NCBI GenBank assembly: GCA_020348985.1
Contig: CP070761.1
Location: 1,553,249 to 1,617,248 of the forward strand
Direction: 5' to 3'
Source: Candidatus Thorarchaeota archaeon
Lineage (GTDB): Archaea; Asgardarchaeota; Thorarchaeia; Thorarchaeales; Thorarchaeaceae
Length of the DNA: 64,000 bases
The translations under genes and the position numbers were made by a program. Numbering within the stretch: position 1 is the stretch's first letter; every line of letters begins with the position of its first letter. The notes under the pieces were generated by a model. It did not search any database, had not been told where the DNA came from, and was given only the letters and a program-made list of their open reading frames with translations. This document shows, piece after piece, positions 58,901-64,000 of the stretch.

Positions 58901-59408
58901 TGTCAAAGTCCCATCCATTCTTAATTCCATCATTGTCAGAATCCACATGTACTCCATCTGGAACGCCGTCACAGTCTGTATCAACTTCAAATGAATCACA
59001 AAGGCCATCATCATTTGAATCGGGATTGCGGGGGTCCAAGTCATTGTATACCTCAAAATCGTCAGTTAGGAGATCAACATCCGTATCATTGCTTTGTGGA
59101 TTAGTGCCTATGACAGCTTCAACAAGGTCAGGTAATGAATCTGCATCAGAATCGGTAAGATTAGCAGCCGGAGTGACCTCAAGCAATGATATTACAAGTT
59201 CTTTGAGAGAACCTGGCGTTCGAGGAGGATCACCTTCAGCGACCCTTCTTACAAGTTGATTTGGATTCGTGATTACAGGGGGAGAATCACGGGAATCCCG
59301 GACTGGAATGTATTGATTGTCTGTGGCCCGCTTGATATCACATCCAACGAACAAAAATATGAAAATCAAGCATGCAATGGCGAGCTTTAATCTTCTCAGG
59401 TCTCTCAC
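52911..59408 (-). CDS. Giant (2165 aa) single-pass surface protein: TSP3-like Ca-binding repeats, fascin-like trefoil segment, hydrophobic helical bundle, NHL-like propeller, GPS-like juxtamembrane domain
   Basis: Signal peptide; many DSDxDGLxDxxE...TNP repeats; GNYLSV...IGERETF; AVD/DVDSDGYVYV repeats; VTHLSLF; TM followed by RKKRK. Confidence 0.88.
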   Translation of the reverse strand: MRDLRRLKLAIACLIFIFLFVGCDIKRATDNQYIPVRDSRDSPPVITNPNQLVRRVAEGDPPRTPGSLKELVISLLEVTPAANLTDSDADSLPDLVEAVIGTNPQSNDTDVDLLTDDFEVYNDLDPRNPDSNDDGLCDSFEVDTDCDGVPDGVHVDSDNDGIKNGWDFDNDGDGVNDAFDVSPFAYSEVNDKFSIVVNTNSMPLYAEFQIVPEDPLHLRLLYQTWDWPDWDNESTMTDLDNSKDDIILIPYLEIITDTIPSEDALQEQGIVPTSSGMRLRLSPVIDNGEVVAFSGIVYYPGLASTSVTFQTELVWSVHGYTDFIPNALLFRQNWKYLSVGNEGVASVTASEGIQGALQLCYLSESEVALKLINGNYLSVSDNGTLFFNSSTIGERETFNQRIAWWPACYLTDYLGNYVAMDGRGNLVSTPDIALLSIFEIESLEPIPNLIELVTYTEPFKFTGLKLEESTSSEIGIFYNSTNTDMTIGASLLFDYYYMKNSSNTVSDLQPLLMDNNITVESDVRTFQSQFDALSSLGSDMLPSALSSISQDMILPITVIIEDHSRVVDMSGVSFGTDGHSSIDLTSLAPSVMKTLKMNYYNTTSYEALSITEIVDHIVSWGLDDEVTYWIVTMTLMWFSTERSATVVDGTPRGFPIDRISDMEFVSQNVGQWVDLGIESFLLLPDVPSYFRGLQRIFDSFTEAGRKFHRVRTLHQMAKVAKGASKASGWVSKIGKFDVIIEIVVAAIALGLTIWAAWEIADAIGGAGGQEYGAIWGIVTFLWDVIIAPLLTTWATFFTFGLAGIFMLIDEILGWCGKDNIGVSDAIKEFFINAIYGRPHQIVAMWPSSRILDIDPTFMDFENNGLTAGDGILLTCRLLGRISAYGTYLNTYFLDSWCMPHFWIATSDLNHFYWQAFNFAHNTTNIQTYMPTWPDLDPIWTYLGTATQSNPAWIQQEWSQTQSIGAPIAMANYPVTIGLYSFYKTWSVWYHEWLDTWDCWHYDPTISVLPSYSSAYSPFLTQIYFDVFPASFDEFLKWGLIANDFDVDGLNNTREASMGVSNIWRYDTDSDGLNDKYEIEIGTDPASIDTDNDKLNDKFELVCGTDPNNIDTDQDGLSDYLEITGWIISFDYMGNTSLPFSTHVTSNPLLNETDGDGLDDFTEYESNTNPRSNDTNGDGILDSAYVWYGSGVYYEGKFVDWTMDGTNNKISDICVDEYGYVYANGILDSVSGNNTIRKYDSNLTRVTLPQESVFNNMTFLPSGARLVAMAVDDSNDWLYTQVSPLFSSPIFRFNLNGTITNPGSWSPILNKNITDLDFGDDGVIYAAVRDTGDDQIGGFRKYGSDGSVLATYGNRGPADDETDWITSMAVDEKYGIVYLCDRHFSYSKPDRVIKMRLSDGAFLGTLSENYVSILDVDVDSDGYVYVLGELSDGMCVQKFYPNGVEDTAFRFYGNGITNFTTGTYVLGSETHQLAVAPDKSIYVLDWIDLGTPSTSRIWKFSQNVTLSSELLLDTNPDWDNDGLTNIQEIDGWVISVNFTHGQETFRVHSNHLMNDSDLDGLDDFLEFSLGSNPSTSDTDLDGVSDHQEWWKANNPGETYIPPTFSPHLAPSTLSASYMQSSSGSSLTLWDSDGDSLGDGLEMTFGSNPAMADSDFDTLSDLEEFLLNSNPLSADSDYDGASDALEYQYNTSLLHADSDGDLSLDGDEYSRSTNPLGGDSDSDGLSDSYEWFIGTNPLNSDSDSDGVSDSLEVAYWLDALNNDTDGDGILDGVELEWGSNPWNVDSDFDGVPDNEDPDTFSPWRGPIILAHDPEDYNDTILFAEKLRDYADVTIVSIGDLTSLYSDSQYIVLIGRPESESSTVGGLVYDLLGDTGSVLTDMMEPDSHEIATRYGVWSNPQTVVMLSQAFPEDVYSVLQILRGRNFTILPNMIALDYQKSVITDNETYHYSFLINEIDTLKTLDATLLVQLSGLARPSVQIVKYDASTTPHELVYSTGLVEGEVSLHKYLDVTITLYDTAQDVFESALIQIYYRVSDLDLTNDGQLGDLGDINETSLSIYYYDTEDEQWIKLSEDLDWVISLGQNTTNVEIYGESYAGCIWAQVTHLSLFGVSGQLIAIDVAPPDYFMLALLLGGIGFVAVIVVVGRKKRKPGYKMRMDIVDQLLDSS

Positions 59409-59508
59409 CTACTATTTTCCATGAGTGAAAAGGGAACCACGCGAACGAGATGCGAGTAGCACCGCATCTTAAATCATCTTCGAATTTTTCAGCCATGCAG
59501 TGATGAGG

Positions 59509-62500
59509 TCATGAGCTGTCGAGCAGTTGGTCGACGATGTCCATCTTGACCTTACGTCCAATCGTTCGACCCTTCCTTCTCCTTGCTACCGCAACCACCG
59601 CTGCTAGTCCTGCCGCTCCAAATAGCAGCACATACAAAAGGTAATTAGGCGGCTCCACTGGGATTCCGATTAGCTGTCCTGCAACTGCGAATAGCGAGAG
59701 ATGCGTTACTCGCGCCCAGACGAATCCTGCATATCTTTCTCCATAGAGCTCCACGTTTGTCGTGTTCTGGCCAAGGTCGACGACCCAGTCCAAGTCCTCT
59801 GAGAGCTTGATCCATTCACCAGCTGATGTATCATAGTAATACAGGCAAAGTGAGGTCTCATTTATGTCTCCCATGTCACCCAATTGGCTATCACCAGTGA
59901 GGTCAATGTCGGACTCTCTGTAGTAGATTATGATCCATGCGGAATCGAACACGTTGAAAGCCGTATCATACAGAGTCAGACCAACATCCAAATACCTGCC
60001 TAGAGATACATCGTTTTCTGCCAGACCCGTTGCATGTGTCAGCTGATTCGGAGTTGTGGTCTCATTGTATCGGCTGATTGCTATTGCAGGTCGGGCTCGC
60101 CCGCTAAGTACGATGATCACTGACGCATCCGTTGCCTTGACCGTGTCAATTTCGTTGACAAGGGCGGCGTATGCTACGGTCTGATTATCAACTACTGCGT
60201 AGGAGTTGAATTCTATCATGGTTCGATCAGACAGGATCGATAAATTCCATCCTCTCAGTATGGTGAGAACTGGATACACATCTGTGGAAAAGGCAGAGGA
60301 CATGATGACAACTGTCTGTGGATCGTTCCAGTAGCCATATCTTGTTGCCACCTCGTGGGAGTTGTTCTCCATCATATCATCAAGAACGCTACCCGTGTCA
60401 TCAAGCATGTCGTACGTAAGCCGTTCGAGACCGTAGCTGCTCGGATCAGGCCGACCTACGAGCACAATGTACTGGTGATCTGTATAGCCGTCAAGAAACT
60501 CCTGGAGTGTGACTACGGTTACGTCGACGTGCTCGCTCAATTCTTGCACAAACTCGAGCGTGTGGGTTGTCGGATCTTCACCATAGACCAGAATGACTTG
60601 GCCATCCCATGTAGTGAATGTGTCAGGGTCGATGCTATCGGGGATGCCATCCCAGTCCGTATCGTTGCTTAGTGGATTGCTACCGTATTGCAATTCAAGC
60701 CCGTCTGGAATTCCGTCGAAATCTGTATCGTTGTTCAGCGGGTCCAGGAACAATGAAAGCTCCACGTCGTCATCAGCGCCATCTCCATCTGAATCAGCCA
60801 ACGTTGGATTCAATGACAAGAATAATTCAAACCCGTCTAGAAGATTATCTCCGTCGCTATCACCTTCACTCACATTGCTTCCCACGTGGTACTCCGTACC
60901 ATCAAGACCGAGATCGCCATCTGAGTCCGGGTCAAGAAGGCTCGAGTTGCCATCGAATTCCTGACCGTCCAGAGCTCCATCTCCATCAGAGTCGTTGCTT
61001 CTCGGATTAGAATTCAGCAAGAACTCGGTCATATCTGAAAGACCATCTGCGTCAGAGTCAGGATTGACAGGAGAACTGCCGTAAGTGAGCTCAATGCTAT
61101 CGCTAAGCAAGTCTCCGTCTGTATCCCACATGGTCAGATTGGGTCCAGCCGGAGTCCATTGCATGTGGTTCGAATAGATTGAAGAAGAAACGACGAAGGC
61201 ACTCTGAATCGGTGGAACATAGATTTCGCCTGGATGTGTTGTCAGCCACCACTCTTCGAAATCGGACACACCATCTTCGTCAGTATCGGGAGAACGAGGA
61301 TTAGATCCCAGTGTAAACTCCAGAGTATCGTTGAGTCCGTCGCAATCAGTGTCTTTCACCATCGGATCACTTGTGACATTGAAGGTTGTTCTTGCGCTAG
61401 CGAAGTCAACCGTGATTTCCCAACCGTCCGTCTCCTGAATGTTGGTTAATCCGTCATCATCCCAGTCTGGATCGTTTTCGGGTATCACTTCTGAAGAATA
61501 CTGGAAATTCTGCGAGAATCTCCAAATCCTTGATGTCGAGGGGTCTCCGGCACTGAGAAACGCGATAACGTAAATACTCCCGTCGGGCGATGTGCATAAC
61601 CTATTTGCACCAGTGAGAGTGTGCGTGCCATTTCCATTGAATCGGAAATCCACATCTTCGAAGCCGCCAGGGGCATATCTTCTGACATGAGATCCGAGAG
61701 TAGAATCGGAAGACATCGCATACAGATATCCACTATCATCAACCTCCAAATCTTGCATGTAGACACTGTATCCAAACTCTAGGATATTGACGTGGGACCC
61801 ATCAGACATGTCCAATACATGCAGCCTGAAACCCTTAGAATATGATATTTCCTGGTCAAACACGTAGATGAGTCCATGCATCTCGTCTACTGCAATACCC
61901 CAAGGACTATCAAACTCCTCTGTGCCCGGACCGACTACGCCCCAAGAATTCAGGAGGGCTCCGCTTGAGTTATACTTCTTGACAATCGGAGTACTATATC
62001 CCAAATGATAGATATCCCCATTCTGACCGATAACAAATTGCTCTCCGCTAGCGGTGGAGATTGGAGTCCAGGAATCAGGGTTGATTGCTGAACCGTCCAA
62101 GTTGAACCTGTAGAGTGCATTGGTTGTAGAATACGCCTTGTGAATGTACATCCAATCATTGCTATCGTCAATACCAATGTACACAGGCATTTCGGAATTT
62201 GACCAGCACGTCAAGTTGACAAGATATGAACCGGTCGGCTGTTCAATAATGTTAAAGGATGGGTCATACTTTCTTACTGTTCCATTGTCGTTGGGCAATC
62301 CAAGGAATCCTGATGCATACAGATATCCGTCTTCATCAGTACAGACGTCATACACATACTGCTGATGATGAGCAGTATAGTCAGGCATTATCCAGTCGAT
62401 TGAGCCTTCATAGGCCGCAGTTGCGCTCATTCTGTAAGCTGGCATGTCCGGATACCCATCGCCGTTAGTATCATTCGAGTTGGGGTTTGTGTTGCCAAGG

Positions 62501-64000
62501 TACTCTTGGAGATCGTCAATTCCATCCCCGTCTGAATCATTGTACTTGGGATCCGAAGTCACGCGTATTTGAAATGGCAATGTCACGTTGCCCAGATAGT
62601 CGAAATCTATGACCCAGCCGGATGTCTCTCTGAAATCATTTAGTCCATCTTCATCCGAATCTGCGGATGTCGCATTCGTGGAATACACGTGTTCATACCA
62701 ATCACTGACTCCATCTCCATCAGAGTCCGCGAGAGTTGGATCCAATCCCTTGTCAATCTCATACTTATCGTTCAGTTGATCTCCATCAGTATCGTAGTCC
62801 CATTGTGACGTTCCATAGGCAGCCTCCAGTGCGGCATCGAGACCGTCACCATCACTGTCGACAAGTGTCATGGGAGAGAAATCTAGAAAGCCATTAAGTG
62901 TCGTCGGGAAGACATCGAAGTAGAGCCAAGTGTTATGGGCATATCCAGTCCCGTTGATGAGTTCTTCAGATTCCTCTATAGGGGATGGGTCGCCTCCAAA
63001 TAGCTTGCTCACATGATACCAAAAGTTCCTGCGCTGCGTCACGAGCCAGATCTTGTAGAGTGAACATATCGAGACATCTACAGGGTAATTTGACATAGCC
63101 AGCGTAGGTCTGAGGGAGGCTGAAAGCTCGAATTCGCACGAAACCTCCCGCCACCAAGTCATGTCATAGGCAGGATCCTGAAACGCATTATAGATTGCAG
63201 AAGGTATCCAGTCCAATTGGAGTGCATGAATCCATGAGGCTGTGTCAGGGCTCCAACCCCACCATGGACGCCATCTAGGTGGGCCAGTCATGATGATCAA
63301 AGGCTTACACCATGAAAGCGACAAATAGTGATCCTCATCTACTTCCCACAAGTCGTTCTTCCAATCCACCGCTCTCACTCTTCCTTCAACTTTGACAGAG
63401 AGATGTATCCAATCGCCAGCATTGAGACCATTGTTGTCAGAGAACGTAGGAGTCGGACCTTCCGTGATTACAGAATACGGGGCCATCTGCAAGGCCAATT
63501 GAGGTTGACCATAGAATGCCAGCGTCGCATACTCTGCAAGTTTCTGTGTCCAGCCATATTTGATGTCGGTAATGATGAACACTATGAGAAGCGCCCATCC
63601 AAGTACGGGAACAAAGGCCATGGCAAACTCAATCACTCCTATCATGTACACGCCGATGAAAGTAGAGACAAGGGCGTACGTCAAACCGATGACCCTTCCT
63701 CTTTCTCCGCCTATAGCGTTGGCTATCGATACACCAGCCCAAATGGACATTCCAATATCAATAGCAATCTCCAACACTATCAAAGCCTTTCCAAAGTGCT
63801 TGAAGTACTTGAGGCTCTTCAGAGAGGCTTGAGCAGCCTTGACTGTCTTTGAGATCCTGTTTATCAGATTCGCTACCTTTCCCATTTGATTGAACCATTC
63901 AGCCTTCAACACGTAGCAAACTCGGGAGATTGACCAGCCGCTTCTTTTTGCCGCTAGGTAGTAATCACTCATGATGTTCTTCACTGAGAGAAACCTCAGA
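59509..64000 (-). CDS. Giant surface protein paralog (5' part outside the window)
   Basis: Frame stays open to the window edge; collinear with 52911..59408; same C-terminus MDIVDQLLDSS. Confidence 0.88.
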   Translation of the reverse strand, partial: LRFLSVKNIMSDYYLAAKRSGWSISRVCYVLKAEWFNQMGKVANLINRISKTVKAAQASLKSLKYFKHFGKALIVLEIAIDIGMSIWAGVSIANAIGGERGRVIGLTYALVSTFIGVYMIGVIEFAMAFVPVLGWALLIVFIITDIKYGWTQKLAEYATLAFYGQPQLALQMAPYSVITEGPTPTFSDNNGLNAGDWIHLSVKVEGRVRAVDWKNDLWEVDEDHYLSLSWCKPLIIMTGPPRWRPWWGWSPDTASWIHALQLDWIPSAIYNAFQDPAYDMTWWREVSCEFELSASLRPTLAMSNYPVDVSICSLYKIWLVTQRRNFWYHVSKLFGGDPSPIEESEELINGTGYAHNTWLYFDVFPTTLNGFLDFSPMTLVDSDGDGLDAALEAAYGTSQWDYDTDGDQLNDKYEIDKGLDPTLADSDGDGVSDWYEHVYSTNATSADSDEDGLNDFRETSGWVIDFDYLGNVTLPFQIRVTSDPKYNDSDGDGIDDLQEYLGNTNPNSNDTNGDGYPDMPAYRMSATAAYEGSIDWIMPDYTAHHQQYVYDVCTDEDGYLYASGFLGLPNDNGTVRKYDPSFNIIEQPTGSYLVNLTCWSNSEMPVYIGIDDSNDWMYIHKAYSTTNALYRFNLDGSAINPDSWTPISTASGEQFVIGQNGDIYHLGYSTPIVKKYNSSGALLNSWGVVGPGTEEFDSPWGIAVDEMHGLIYVFDQEISYSKGFRLHVLDMSDGSHVNILEFGYSVYMQDLEVDDSGYLYAMSSDSTLGSHVRRYAPGGFEDVDFRFNGNGTHTLTGANRLCTSPDGSIYVIAFLSAGDPSTSRIWRFSQNFQYSSEVIPENDPDWDDDGLTNIQETDGWEITVDFASARTTFNVTSDPMVKDTDCDGLNDTLEFTLGSNPRSPDTDEDGVSDFEEWWLTTHPGEIYVPPIQSAFVVSSSIYSNHMQWTPAGPNLTMWDTDGDLLSDSIELTYGSSPVNPDSDADGLSDMTEFLLNSNPRSNDSDGDGALDGQEFDGNSSLLDPDSDGDLGLDGTEYHVGSNVSEGDSDGDNLLDGFELFLSLNPTLADSDGDGADDDVELSLFLDPLNNDTDFDGIPDGLELQYGSNPLSNDTDWDGIPDSIDPDTFTTWDGQVILVYGEDPTTHTLEFVQELSEHVDVTVVTLQEFLDGYTDHQYIVLVGRPDPSSYGLERLTYDMLDDTGSVLDDMMENNSHEVATRYGYWNDPQTVVIMSSAFSTDVYPVLTILRGWNLSILSDRTMIEFNSYAVVDNQTVAYAALVNEIDTVKATDASVIIVLSGRARPAIAISRYNETTTPNQLTHATGLAENDVSLGRYLDVGLTLYDTAFNVFDSAWIIIYYRESDIDLTGDSQLGDMGDINETSLCLYYYDTSAGEWIKLSEDLDWVVDLGQNTTNVELYGERYAGFVWARVTHLSLFAVAGQLIGIPVEPPNYLLYVLLFGAAGLAAVVAVARRRKGRTIGRKVKMDIVDQLLDSS

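Noticed and set aside
54000-62900. CRISPR or DNA tandem repeats
   Set aside because: The repetitiveness is protein-level DxDxDG repeats with degenerate codons; there is no repeat-spacer array.
1-64000. Numerous short ORF-track entries antisense to or nested in long genes
   Set aside because: Shadow ORFs with no recognisable motifs that overlap well-supported CDSs.

Overview
Archaeal sequence, most likely Asgard (Thorarchaeota-like); this is an inference from gene content (a Rab-like small GTPase, MtrH-like and MtmB-like methyltransferases, tungsten AOR, a GGR-family reductase, large FtsX permeases, C-terminally anchored surface proteins). (1) 1-19.5 kb is an apparent amine/peptide catabolism locus: two paralogous M28 peptidases, a class III aminotransferase, a nitrilase-family amidase, a membrane-anchored GATase-like hydrolase, a Dpp/Opp ABC importer, and a corrinoid methyl-transfer module (pyrrolysine-free MtmB, corrinoid protein, MtrH-like protein, ASKHA activator). 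Five upstream regions share an exactly spaced 47-bp element (TGTYCA-N4-TGWWCA-N4-TGTTGG-N15-TGTWCA), and the locus contains a candidate ribbon-helix-helix regulator. (2) 19.5-43.5 kb is mostly core or housekeeping genes (AOR, GDPD, ferredoxin, GGR, APRT, a degenerate small GTPase, a MacB/FtsX ABC exporter, AsnRS). (3) 43.5-64 kb is accessory and cell-surface: small genes, a GNAT remnant, an overlapping cohesin-anchor/dockerin gene pair, and two tandem giant paralogous single-pass surface proteins. These giants carry Ca-binding repeats, an internal hydrophobic helical bundle, a juxtamembrane GPS/GAIN-like HL-S-x-F motif and an identical cytoplasmic tail. I found no rRNA, convincing tRNA, CRISPR array or transposase. 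All family assignments come from motif recognition by eye, without database searches.
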